Positions 40,076 through 59,360 of a DNA stretch of 64,000 bases are shown in pieces. A program made the position numbers and the translations under genes. Source of the stretch: Eledone cirrhosa (taxonomy: Eukaryota); NCBI GenBank assembly GCA_964016885.1, contig OZ024742.1, forward strand, positions 55,800,001 to 55,864,000. The letters run 5' to 3'. The notes under the pieces were generated by a model. It was not told the DNA's origin and ran no database searches. It saw nothing but the letters and a program-made list of their open reading frames with translations. Each line of letters starts with the position of its first letter. The first letter of the stretch is position 1.

Positions 40076-41704
40076 GTAAGTAATTAAGTTAATTGAGTTA
40101 ATAAGAATATTTATATTTATATATTTTAAATTGGGAAGATACAGAAAAATCTCAAGTTTTGTTTATTTATTCGTTAGTATGAGACTATTTTGTCAAAATA
40201 AGTTTAAATGTTAAAGATATAAATTTTAAAGATATATCTAGCCTGAGTTAGTTAGTAAATCTAATAAAAGATATTAAAAATACAAATTATAATTACACTT
40301 ATAATATTCCTAATTATTTCCATAAAAATCTTATCCACTCTGTTTTAATATATTGTTATCTCTAAATGATATCTATAATATTTGCTATAATTTCACTTCC
40401 TAAAACTTCTTAAAATATATACATATATGTTCCTAACTTTTAAATTTAAATTTTAACTTTAATTTTAATATTTTTTAAGTTTTTTTAATTCTTTATTTTT
40501 TATTTTTTATTTCTTAAATTTTTCATATATTTTAAAAATTACTTATTTTTAAAAATTACTTTTTATTATTATTTTTTTAATTTACTTATCTCTTATAAAT
40601 TATGTTTTTAAAGTTTTCCCGAATTTTTAATATTTTTTAATAAAATGTTTTAATACATTTTATTAGATTTATAACCACTAACTAATTCAGGCTAATTATA
40701 TCTTTAATATTTATATCTTTAAAATTTAAATTTATTTTGAGAAAATAGTCTCATACTAACGAATAAATAAACAAAACTTGAGTTTTTTCTGTATCTTCCC
40801 AATTTAAAATATATAAATATAAATATTCTTATTAACTCAGTTAACTTAATTACTTACATTAAATATAAACCAATACCCCTCATAACTCATTAAAACAATT
40901 ATCTATAACACGATATACCCATCTATCCATTATCTATCTATTTATCTATTTATCTATTTCTTGATTTATTTTTATTTTTATATTTATTTTTCTATCTATC
41001 TATTTTTCTATCTATTTATTTTTTCATATATTTTTCCTATCTAATTTTATATATATTTATTTTTCTATATATATCTATTTATTTTTCTATCTGCTTATAA
41101 GAGTAAATATTATATTAAAAAGAATTTTAACAACTAAATAATCGTAAATATACGTACCATTAGTAGGTATATACTTAAAAGTTATTCCCCCCTATTAACC
41201 TTACATGAGTTCTATTCACCCTCTTGCTAATTTCTTCTTTCTATCTCTCTCGTAATATTAATTTTTTTTTCTCTGTCTCTTTCTTCTCTATCTTTCTCCA
41301 GTGTCATTTAAATAAACGGTGGTTTTTCAATTATTTACATAATCATTTGCATATTCTCACATAAGTTTGAATAATAACTAATATATTTCCACTACCCAGT
41401 GAATTTCCAACCGATAAGGTATGATTTTCATGGGTACGTCTCTATATATAAAGCAAACTTTCTATTTTATCTGATGAAAGCGTACCAATGTTGTCTTGGT
41501 TGCCTTTGAATTATATATAATGAAATAAATATGGTTTTATAAATATAGTTTCCATTTATTTAATATCATTTTTGTTCGTGGAAACGTTCCCTTCACAAAA
41601 CATACAGGTAATATATACTTACTATGCAAATAAGTAATGGTAAAAACAAAACATATACTTAGCTACCACATCAAGACGTAAAATATCCACGTATAGATCA
41701 TACT

Positions 41705-41890
41705 ATGCGTTTACAGATTGACTTTGTTAGTTTCAGAAGATCCCGTTAAGGGTGAAAGCAGCGATTCTTTGGTTAAACTTTAATCTGTTATTTTAATAAA
41801 TATTTGCTCTACGGTTCTTATATATTTGATATATATTTATCATTATCGAGCCCTCTTTGGATTTTAGTCTTCACATTTATTATTATTACT
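41705..41890 (+). repeat. pLTR-like family D
   Basis: TTCAGAAGATCCCGTTAAGGGTGAAAGCAGCGATT; also at 52637-52731 and 62525-62620 (inverted), with related pieces at 9320-9425 and 26700-26810. Confidence 0.75.
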
Positions 41891-41892
41891 AT

Positions 41893-41945
<53 letters not shown>

Positions 41946-42059
41946 TATAGTATTTTCTGTAGTGTTGTAATACGAATATTACGCACAGTAGATGGACAGC
42001 TCACGTAGGGTTTGCTCGATGGTTCCAGTTGTAGTTTCAAAAGTAATCCGGAGAAAATA

Positions 42060-43387
42060 GAAGGATTTAAATGGATAGAGTTCAGTAAAAGGAATTTATT
42101 GACACGTGTTTCAATAACAGTTATATAACCTGAAAACAGTTGCTATCTTCAAAGTATTAATTATGTAGACACAATATTTCAATGATATTTTCAACTATCA
42201 TTTCATCAGAATAATCTCATTGAGAACTTGTTTGGTTTTTATAGAGAATATTAAGAGGGAGGAGTGAAGTTGTTAGGAGTATAGTTAAGGGAGTAGATAG
42301 ACATGTTTGATAGCAGTGGGTAATTAGATTCCCATCTGTTGTTTTGACATTTTTATAGAATACATTATTTGGCGTTGGTTATTTTTCTAAATCTATAGAA
42401 GGATTAGAGATAGTAAAGATATGCATGGTTGGTTTTGTGTTTGCATTTAATTAACATACAGACTTGAATTTTTCTTTCAAGTGTGTGTATCCGTTCGCCC
42501 ACACATAGATATATGTTTATATATACTTATTTTTTAAAGAAACATACACATTCACACACATACATATATGCACACCTCTCCAAATACATACACTCACGTA
42601 CACATACTTACATGCTCATACTTACATACATATATACATGTACATATATATATATACATATATACATATATATATGTACATACATACGCATTCATATATA
42701 TACACTTTCATACTCTACTTATCTTCATATACACACATATATAGACACACACATATATACATACATACATTCAAGTCTGTATGTTAATTAAATGCAAACA
42801 CAAAACCAACCATGCATATCTTTACTATCTCTAATCCTTCTATAGATTTAGAAAAATAACCAACGCCAAATAATGTATTCTATAAAAATGTCAAAACAAC
42901 AGATGGGAATCTAATTACCCACTGCTATCAAAAATTTCTGTCTACTCCCTTAACTATACTCCTAACAACTTCACTCCTCCCTCTTAATATTCTCTATAAA
43001 AACCAAACAAGTTCTCAATGAGATTATTCTGATGAAATGATAGTTGAAAATAACATTGTAATATTGAGTGTCTACATAATTAATTGTTTCTACTTTAGGC
43101 ACAAGGCAAGCAATTACCCAGTGCATTACTGGTACTTTATTTTATCGAACCCGTAAGGATGAAAGACAAAGTCAATCTCGGCGGGATTTGAACTCAGATC
43201 GTAAAGGGACGTAACTATGGTGGAAAGCATGGCGCCCGACCCTCTACCGATACTGCCAATCCACCGCCCTGAGTGTCTACATAATTAATACTTTGTAGAT
43301 AGCAACTGTTTTCAGGTTATATAACTGTTATTGAAACACCTGTCAATAAATTCCTTTTACTGAACTGTATCCATTTAAATCCTTCTT
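42060..43387. repeat. ~410 bp inverted repeat, right arm interrupted by a SINE
   Basis: Arms 42060-42468 and 42770-43387 around a CA/TA spacer. Confidence 0.85.
43081..43269 (-). mobile_element. tRNA-derived SINE with ~16 bp TSD
   Basis: TGAGTGTCTACATAAT at 43065-43080 and 43270-43285; empty site visible in the left arm (about 42155-42175). Confidence 0.9.
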
Positions 43388-44346
43388 CACGATTTCACCG
43401 AGTTTATATTCATAGAGATCTGGGACTTGTCTATTTCTTCTCACTTTCCGTTGCTTAAACCTTTTTGTTTGTTACCCTAACGTCCCCTTTATTTACGTGT
43501 CCCAACGACTTTTTTTAGCCGTTGTTCGCACCAACCTGAGGCATATGGCCCTTAAAGCGATGAAATGCCTGGGACGGTTGGAGGGTCACTGATGAAGGAC
43601 TTACTTTTTCATATGCACCACCATTTGCAACGCGCAGCCATCATTATTATCATATTTACACATAATTTTTCTTCTGCTGCCACTCGTCTGTTTCGTTCTT
43701 TGTACCTTTTACCCTTTCTAGCAGTCTCTCTCTCTGTTAGCCTTCTCCTCAACTTTCACTCTCTCATTCTCTGTCACAACCTCTCCTCCTCCTCTTTCCT
43801 CCTCCTCCTTCAAGTTTGACCTGTGTGTAATTCTTTTCTCGCGCGGTCTTGGTCAAGCTGGTATGGAATTTTTTTCTCTCTCTCTCTTTCGTCTGCGACT
43901 TCACAAAACTTATGTTTACCGAATTCGTAGACCAGACCCCTTCTTCTTCTTCTTCTTCTTCTTCTTCTTCTTCTTCTTCTTCTTCTTCTTCTTCTTCTTC
44001 TTCTTCTTCTCCCCCCCCCCCCCGTTAGACCTGTGCGAAATTCTTTCCTTGCTCACATTTCAACCAGGTTTGATGGTCTTTTGTCTCTTGTTCACGATTT
44101 CACCGAGTTTATATTCATAGAGATCTGGGACTTGTCTATTTCTTCTCACTTTCCGTTGCTTAAACCTTTTTGTTTGTTACCCTAACGTCCCCTTTATTTA
44201 CGTGTCCCAACGACTTTTTTAGCCGTTGTTCGCACCAACCTGAGGCATATGGCCCTTAAAGCGATGAAATGCCTGGGACGGTTGGAGGGTTTCTGATGAA
44301 GGACTTACTTTTTCATATGCACCACCATATGCAACGCGCAGCCATC

Positions 44347-44352
<6 letters not shown>
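43386..44352 (+). repeat. Partial tandem non-coding unit (~705 bp) with ~265 bp terminal direct repeat
   Basis: TTCACGATTTCACCGAG...GCAACGCGCAGCCATCATT at 43387-43650 and 44091-44350; internal (TTC)n. Confidence 0.85.
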
Positions 44353-44419
<67 letters not shown>

Positions 44420-44424
<5 letters not shown>

Positions 44425-47140
44425 GGAAAACACAGGTAAGCATTAAGAGAAGGTTTTTATCCAGGTATTTAGGACCGTTTCATTGGTAAGTTCAACCTTA
44501 TATTTCTATACTGCAAATATCAGCCACTCAATGATAATTGTTGTTCACGTCCACATTTTCAAAATAGTGAGTAAGTTACTGTTGAAATAGTTCTTAATAT
44601 ATAGAGAAACACATTTTTTTGGAATTGTATTTACTAGTATAGAGAGAGAGGAAGAGGAATTAGAAAGTGGGAGGACAAACGGAATAGTATAGAGAGAGAG
44701 AGGAAGGGGGAGAAGAGTTAGGAAGTAGAGTCACAAACTGAGATGGAGGGCGGGATAGAGGTGGAAGGATTCATTGATCAGTTTTGATACGTAGACTTCA
44801 TGTCGTTTTAGAGTGTAGTGAGTTAAAGAGAATTAAATTGTCCATAGTGGGAGGGATGGAGAGAGAGAGAGAGAGGGGGAGATATAAAGAGATAAATATA
44901 TATATAAAAAATAAAGATAAACATAATAATGATAAAAATAAAAGTAAAGAAGGGAGGGGGAGAAAGAAGAAAAGAAAAGATAGCCAAAAAGGGAAGGGAA
45001 GAAAGGAAGAAAACGAAAAGAAATAGAAAAGGAATGAAGGAGAAGGGAGGGATATAGGTATTGGTTTTTATGGGTAATTAAAGGGGTTAGTCTAAGTATA
45101 TGCAGTTTGTCAGTTGGTAGTAAGCGGTTAAGGGATTGATTTGCACTTGTAGTGCGAAAACTTTTCTTTGAGTCTATGGTTACAATAAATTGATCTTTCG
45201 ATTTTTTTGTTGAGTAACTTATTCTTCGAACTCAAAATGTGGAACAGCTCAAGGTTACATAATCGACAACTTCTCATACCACTCCGATATGGCGGCGCGT
45301 TCGATAATCTTTTCCACTTCAGGGTGTATTGATGCTTACCTTCCCTCAGTTGCCAGGTCTTGTTTGCAAGGGTAGTTACATAACGATGCTGGGAATGTTT
45401 CATTGCGTAACGGTGTGTATACCAACGGGCTTTAAATGTATTCTCAGTCGCTCCGATGTAATACCATTTCTGGTTGTCTGATTCTACTGTGCATTGGTAA
45501 ACCAGGTTAGACTGCATATATTCATTATGTAATGGACAGGTTTCAGGTAGGTGGCAGTTACAATTCTTGTCATGGGCAACTTTGGCATTATTGGTGGGCT
45601 GCGATGCCTGTACAACTGTGTTACATTTTGTTTGCCTATTAGTGGGTGGTTGTGTATTAGATATTCTGTTGTGTTCAATGGTGATTATATTGTTATTGTT
45701 ATACATTTGTGTTCTGGTGTTGTTATGTATCTTTTTAGCGTTATGCATCTTAATGTGTGCGTCTATATTTGGTGCCGTGGAGTAAGATAATCTAATAGAT
45801 TTAGTGTTAACGATTTTGCTGTATCTATGTGAATCTGGAAAGTGCTTATTTATTATTCTAAAAATGGTAGAGGATAGGTTAGTACTAATAGAGGTGTTAA
45901 ATATGGGGTTATACCAAATATATCTTGTACTGCGTGACTTCTCTGATTTCGATGTTGTATTTCTATTTACCGTATAATTTATAGTTCAATGCGTAAATGC
46001 GTGTGTGCGTGTGTTTCTGGAGTTTGTGTTATGCGTGTTCGTGTGCGCTTTGCGGAGGCTCTCATCTATATATTCTACTCTATCTAAGTGGCCTGCCTTT
46101 TCTAGTGCGGTGTTGTAGTATTCTGCATGTTCCTCGAAGATTTGTCGGTTAGACGAGAGGCGGGAGATCCTAAGGGATATGCTGAGTGGAATGGATTTAA
46201 TTATGGATAGTGGGTGCTTTGAGTTACAGTTGATGTATGCTAAGTTTTCATTAATCTTGTGAAAAGGTCTTATAAGACCCGTATTTAGCTTAAGCGTCGC
46301 GTCCAGAAAGTTAACTGTTTTAGTGCTATACTCATACGTTATGCTAAGGGCTTGTTTCCCGAGAGTCTTTCTAATATTCTTACACAGTCTTTCTATGCTC
46401 TGGTTATTTATGTTCTTAACTAGGAGAAGGGCGCCGCCTCTGTAGATTCCACCGGGAAGTTCGCTAAACTCACTCTGTAAACTATAGTCTATGTAAATAC
46501 CGACTAAATCTGTGACTTGAGCCGAGTCGTTAGCCCCATCGTGATGTGAAAGTTATTTAATCTATCCTTACGTTCCCAATAGGCGTTTTCAAATTTAATT
46601 ATTGTTTTCCTAGCAGCTAATATAATTTTTATCTCGTCGTCTGTTAGATCAGAATTGGCTTTGGCGAAAGCTAAGGCTTTATCCAAGTTGTTGGGGGATA
46701 TAAAGGAGTAATAGTCGTTAATGTCAAATTGTATATACTTAGATACAAATGTGTATACGATGGATACAAATGTGTATACGATGGATATTAATACATACAA
46801 TGGCTTCATACGGAAAGAATTACATAGGAAATACAAAAAGAATAATGAGGCGGCACTGATAAACATCAACAACGAGGCACACAATATAGTCAAACACCTA
46901 GCAATAGACGACAGAACGGAGCCACTTAGGCCATGTACCCCCACATTTAATTTCAACGACCACAAGGTAAATGTTGATTATAACCCCACAATTAGACTTA
47001 TATGCCCGTCCAAATCGGACATCGGGAAAATTAGTAAACATATATTAGACAGAGTGATAGCACAAATGAAGAATAAACTAGTGATTAAACTATGGGGTAA
47101 CATTACCGAAACAATTAGCACAAAAGGCCATGAAGTTTGA
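44420..47140 (-). mobile_element. Penelope-like element (Naiad-like) with inverted 5' RT segment
   Basis: Minus: YIQFDINDYY, FHITMG, NFLDATL, WYNP and GIY-YIG ORF 45128-45748; plus 46780-47140 reads NDHK...IRLICPSKSDIGKISKHIL; degenerate hammerhead at 44470-44526. Confidence 0.9.
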
Positions 47141-47266
47141 GTTCAATTATGACAAAAAGTCAGTGTTTCGGGCTTGGTAAAAGAAGCTAAAAGTAAATAT
47201 AAAATTTGTCTTTTGTCTAGTAACATGTGTGTTTGTTTTGTGTGTGTGTGTGTATGTTTGTGTGTG

Positions 47267-47339
<73 letters not shown>

Positions 47340-47392
47340 GTTTCTGAATTTGTTTAGCAAGATTCTTTATCTGAAAACGTGTGTTGAAACCG

Positions 47393-51620
<4,228 letters not shown>

Positions 51621-52197
51621 GTTGCGTGTGCATAGCTTTATTTGAGAGATATAAATCAATTTTATATTCTGCAGATAAAAGCGAGGATAAAAATATAAAT
51701 ATATATAAAAGAAATATTGAAAGAAATTTCGCATATATTCAAACTGCTCAGAGAAAACCCGGAAAAAGGATGTTTTCTTTTTAAATATTTAATATTTAAT
51801 ATTTGATGTGATAGTTATTCCAGCTGGAACCGAGTATATATAAAGAAAAAATTATATAATTATTCATTCTGTCGGAACAAAACAATATTTAAATATAATT
51901 CTATGCATTTTCACCTTCACCTCTTAACATTTTATATATATATATATAGAGAGAGATATTAGAATTAAATGTTTTCGAATAAGAAAACAGATACAGGTAG
52001 GTGAAGATGTTGTTACAGTCCAAAATATGAGATTTATTAAAGTAAACTACTCAGTAGGCGACATACAATTGTATTTGTATGAAATCGTTATTTTAGACCT
52101 TTAAGTAAACTCATAGAGTAAATATTACATTGAGAAGAAAACCAAAGACTGTTAAATATGTTATATTTGAAAATAATTAACAGTCTTTGGTCCTATC

Positions 52198-53440
<1,243 letters not shown>

Positions 53441-53448
53441 ATATATAT

Positions 53449-54015
53449 AAATGTAATCTGAGTTTTTCAAATATTGATAATAATATTCGATTCGTTTGCA
53501 ATTTTGCAAACAGCTTCTTTTTAAAGCCATGTTAGTAGAATGAGCCCCTCATTCTTGTTCTTGTATTGGCATGTAAACAGAACTGCAGACACTAATGTTT
53601 CTGGGGGATTACCCTTCATCAGTGCAGTCTACTGCTCACCTGATATCTGTCAGAGCTAGTGAAAATATATGATATTTTCTGAAATATACAGTGACTGATC
53701 GGCCTGATTTGCATATATGCAGACTGGCTGATTAGTCAGATCTTCATATTAGCAGATCTGACTGATCAGCCAGATTTGCATATCAGCAGATAGGTCAGTT
53801 AGTTTCATGTATACGAGCAGCAATTAATGGCCGGCCTTGCATTGATGAAGGGTAATCATCCAGAAACATTACCGTCCGCAGTTCTGTTTACATGCCAAAA
53901 CAACAGCAAGAATGCGGGGCTCCTTCTCCTGACATTGCTTAAAACGGAGGCTGTTTGCATAATTGCAAACAAATCGAATATTATTATTGATATTTGAAAA
54001 ACTCAGATTACATTT
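53449..54015. repeat. Inverted repeat (~175 bp arms) with ~32 bp minisatellite spacer
   Basis: 53449-53625 versus 53838-54015; spacer repeats CTGATC.GCC.GATTTGCATAT..GCAGA. Confidence 0.85.
53582..53628 (-). ncRNA. Type I hammerhead ribozyme (GUC site)
   Basis: Reverse complement: ACTGCA-CTGATGA-AGGG-TAATCC-CCCA-GAAACA-TTAG-TGTC-TGCAGT. Confidence 0.8.
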
Positions 54016-54555
54016 ATTGTATTCAGCCACATAGAGCGATAACTATTTGTTAGTACATGTGACTACGTAGACGATTGAAAAAAATGGAAATACAATTGAA
54101 GCTGTCAATGCATAGAGACTACAGAGAATATCCTGATATTAGGATATATGTGCCAGCGTAACAGAGAAAAGTGTGCATTAGCATGCATCGGAAACGACAC
54201 CACACCTTTTTATTTTTTGCGATAATCTGGCTAACCGATGACATCAACTTACCAACAACTACCTTTTAAGGTTAAATTTGGAAGCTCTCGAGTTAATCGT
54301 GGTACACGTGTAAACACATGTGAATAATAATAGTGGGGATTAAGCATTTTGAAAATAGGATTAGAAGCTTTCACCATTGATTATAGATAATTGTGTAATA
54401 TTAAGGCAAATGAACCCTCATAACGGAGAAAAATGGGCATTAACATGCGTTTCATGCTAATGCCTACTTTTTACCATTATGTGGGTTCATATGACCCAAG
54501 AGAGTATATTTTGTAGTCAATATACTGTGATAAGCCTCTCTCTCTCTTTCTCTCT

Positions 54556-54672
<117 letters not shown>

Positions 54673-55353
54673 CGTGAACGAGGGATATATACTTGCTAAC
54701 AAAGGAAATTTAGATCCTCGAGCTGCGTAATGAGGTGATTGAAGTATGGATCAAATGATTTCTTTTAGAAACTACTTCGTCATACTTTCAGCTGCTAATC
54801 TTATTCAATATCGGGTTTTTGAATAGCAGTGATTTTTCCTTATGACCCATTTTTGCATGAATACATAAATAGCTAAATAAGTATATACATAAATAAGTAA
54901 TATATTGAACATGGGCTTGACTTATGAACGATCGCCGTTATTAATACAATAGTATGAGGTCTTTATCGATCTTTATAATAGATTTGCTGTCTTTATGGAT
55001 GTTTATAAAAGATTTGCAGTCTTCTTCGATCGATCAAACATTTCATTAACGTTGCATGAAAGAAATCAACGCTGTTATACGTTAATATGTCATGGCCAAG
55101 GAGACGTGAACGATATCTTTGTAATGCAAACGTTTTCACTTCATATGGCTATGTAGCCTTTATATGGTAATGATTCTAATCTGCTAATGTTCTATGCTAT
55201 GTTATATGCATACGACGTATTCATGGATACCGTTCTTAAATCGTTCAGATTATGTGAATAGATATATATATATACAAACAAAAAACAAAGAAGGTGTGGT
55301 AAGGAGCCAGGTGGACCATAACGTACTCGATACTTAGGATAGTAGAGTGGGTA

Positions 55354-55473
55354 ATAGGAAACGGGTCAGGACCCCGCCGGCTGAGCTACGGCCGTTTCGA
55401 CAGCTAGATCCGAACGGTACAGAACTAGCTGTCGAAACGGCCGAAGCTCAACCGTCGGGGTCCTGACTCTTTT

Positions 55474-55478
<5 letters not shown>
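55354..55478. repeat. Fold-back of family G containing a hammerhead 3' half
   Basis: Arms read CTAGCTGTC-GAAAC-GGCC-GTA-GCTC outward from a 17 nt spacer. Confidence 0.75.
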
Positions 55479-56430
<952 letters not shown>

Positions 56431-57807
56431 TGTGTGTGTCTGTGTCTGTGTCTGTGTATGTGTATGTGTATGTGTGTGTCTGTGTGTGTGTGTATGCGAT
56501 GAGTAATAAATGGATAAACAACGCAAGAAAAGACACAGTACAATGAAGATATATATTAGTTTAACGCTTGATAAATGTTGATATAGTAGGAAAAATACAT
56601 GTACGAGTGTTGGAGAGCCTGAACATGCTTATCACAATGACAATATCATTTATTTATTTAAGCAATAGAGCTAGAATGTTACTTTTTTTATTGACTTCAT
56701 TCTTGAATTGAATAACGCGTATTACGCTTCAATGAATGTATCTGCTAGAAACCAGGACCAAATCTCTGTAGAATCATTTACCACTTCTCTATTGTAAACA
56801 ACAGCAGTGAACAACTTTAACAATAGCATCGTAAATGATTTGATAAAATTACACCTTTGAATTACTATCAACATGAATATCAATAATCAATAATTTCACC
56901 GGAAAACAAATATAACTTAAACAACAGCATAACATCATACACAATAACAAGGACATCATCACAGAACATTATTCTTAAGGGCACCTTCAAATATCGCCTA
57001 TGTCAAATAAAAAGAAAAATGACATGTACAGCAGAATTTATAAAAACAATATCTAAGAAAGGAAAGAAACGTCATCCTCAATGAGAAAATTAGTGAATTT
57101 CGCTGTGAAAGTCAGCGATACTTGTTTAAAATGGAATAAAATTATATTTGTAATGGATATATATTGCTTTGTGCATTCTAAGGATTTTGATATTCAAACA
57201 ACTAACCTAACAAAGAGGGTCTTTGAGTTAAGCCTACAGAGAAAATAACCTATTTTCAACAGATTTTGTGTCCACTATTGTAAGAATATGTTTAGCCAAG
57301 TATGTTTGTTTAAAGCGTTTAGATTCAAACAATGTTTCTGGAAAGAAATGTGTTCGGGATATTATATTTATTTTTGATTAGTTTGGTCATCGTCATTAGG
57401 AAAGCTATTGTAAATGATTTCAATGAACTTGCCTAGTGAATGGTGTAAAATAATATTGCATAGCCCCATAGTATTCAAACTTTTAAAATAATTATTTTGT
57501 GGTTCTAGCTTGAAAGGTGTCAAGACAGTGAATTCATATAATGAAACAAGGTCATACTATCCCTGAAATTTAGTAAAATTAATGAAAGTTGTGATGGGTA
57601 CGCTCCTCTCAATATTCTGCAACATCAAACATTCCGAAGGAAACAATTTAGATTTTCATTTATTCCTGTAATACAGATTATTAGTTTCGTCTTCATGGAC
57701 CAAAATTCTCAAAGCAAATTACGCAACCACTTTCACTAAACAAAAATCATCACAACCATTAAGATGTCAATGGAAAATTCCTGTACATTTCAAAAGGAAT
57801 AAGTGAT

Positions 57808-57992
57808 GGTGGATTGGCAGTATCGGTAGAGGGTCAGACGCCATGCTTTGCAGCACAGTTACGTCCCTTTACGAACGGAGTTCAAATCCCGCCGAGGTTA
57901 ACTTTGCCTTTCATCCTTACGGGGTCGATAAAATAAAGTACCAGTAATATACTGGATAATTGATGGCCCTGTGCCAAAAGTAGAAACAATTA
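57808..57992 (+). mobile_element. tRNA-derived SINE
   Basis: Same family as 18010. Confidence 0.88.
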
Positions 57993-58341
57993 TTAGTACA
58001 CAGGATAGGCAGTTGATTGTCAGTATTGGGAAAGCGTCAAACAACATGATTTCCAGCATATAGTACGTGAGTACCACTTGTAGTCAGAGATCGAAAATTA
58101 GTTTTAGAATTTGTAATGATAAAATTATAAATAAACAAAAAAGAAATGTTGAAAGAAAATTCACATATATTTAAACTGCTCACAGAATACATGGAAAAAT
58201 ATTTTATTTAATATATAATATTTGGTGAGATTTTTATACCAACAGAAACCGATTATAAATAATACAACAATTATGAATTTATTCATTCTCTCGGAAGAAG
58301 ACAATCTTTCAAAATACTTCTGTGCTTTTCACCTTCACTTC

Positions 58342-58371
<30 letters not shown>

Positions 58372-58378
<7 letters not shown>

Positions 58379-59360
58379 AGTATGTATGTATACGTGCATA
58401 CATATATGTATACACACGTACAGTAGTAAGTATATATATACATACATGAACACACATATATATATATGCACGTATCGGTTTACCGAACATTTATTATAAT
58501 GCTCGGTTTGTTTGTTTGTAAACAAACAAACAGCCCGATTTACGCCGTACACTGTTTAGGCAACCACGTCACCTTTTTGTTCAACACTGACACAGGAACG
58601 ATAAACTAGATTCAAGCTTATTAGCTATCGTCAGCATCGTATACCTTCCTGCCAGATGGTTGAACGTCTGAAAGTATATACTTTCCCCATGCATATTAAC
58701 GGCTGAGCAGCCTAATTTGCATATCGAGTGAGTTCAGTCGGCCGGGCAAACCGAAAACGATAAATGGAATAGAATGAAACGAAATTTCATTTCTCACTCT
58801 TAGTACGGCACTTACTTAAATGTAAGTATGTATGTATGTATACGTACATATATAAATGTGTATACAGACGTACAGTAGTATGTATATATATACATACATG
58901 CACATATATATATATATGCACGTATCGGTTTACCGAACATTTATTATAATGCTCGGTTTGTTTGTTTGTAAACAAACAAAAAGCCCGAATTACGCCGTAC
59001 AATGTTCAGGCAACCACGTCACCTTTTTGTTCAACACTGACACAGGAATGATGGACTAGTTTCAAGCTTATTAGCTATCGTCAGCATCGTATACCTTCCT
59101 AGCAGATGGTTGAACATCTGAAAGTATATACTTTCCTTATGCATATTAACGGCTGAGCAGCCTAATTTGCATATCGAGTGAGTTCAGTCGGCCGGGCAGT
59201 GAGAAATGAAATTTCGTTTCATTCTATTCCATTTATCGTTTTCGGTGTGCCCGACCGACTGAACTCACTCGATATGCAAATTAGGCTGCTCAGCCGTTAA
59301 TATGCATAAGGAAAGTATATACTTTCAAACGTTCAACCATCTGGCAGGAAGGTATACGAT
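58372..59360. repeat. Retrozyme-like family B subfamily: two ~446 bp tandem units plus an inverted piece
   Basis: TGTAAGTATGTATGTA at 58375 and 58821; 59199-59360 is inverted. Confidence 0.9.
59048..59090 (-). ncRNA. Minimal hammerhead ribozyme (family B variant, GUC site)
   Basis: Reverse complement: ACGATG-CTGACGA-T-AGCT-AATA-AGCT-T-GAAAC-TA-GTC-CATCAT; the copy at about 58598-58640 has GAATC. Confidence 0.85.

Larger units (their letters stand above)
38234..41570. repeat. 3.3 kb nested inverted-repeat structure
   Basis: Outer arms about 38234-38958 / 40850-41570 (family E); inner arms 38959-39572 / 39583-40075 (family A); third pair about 40078-40330 / 40680-40858. Confidence 0.85.

Noticed and set aside
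43026-43062. CTGATGA...GAAAA motif
   Set aside because: Only a 2 bp stem II and no valid cleavage triplet or stem I.
53690-53795. ~32 bp repeats as a CRISPR array
   Set aside because: Contiguous minisatellite without spacers, eukaryotic context, no cas genes.
56550-57790. Possible very old RT remnant
   Set aside because: Motifs are too degraded to support by eye.
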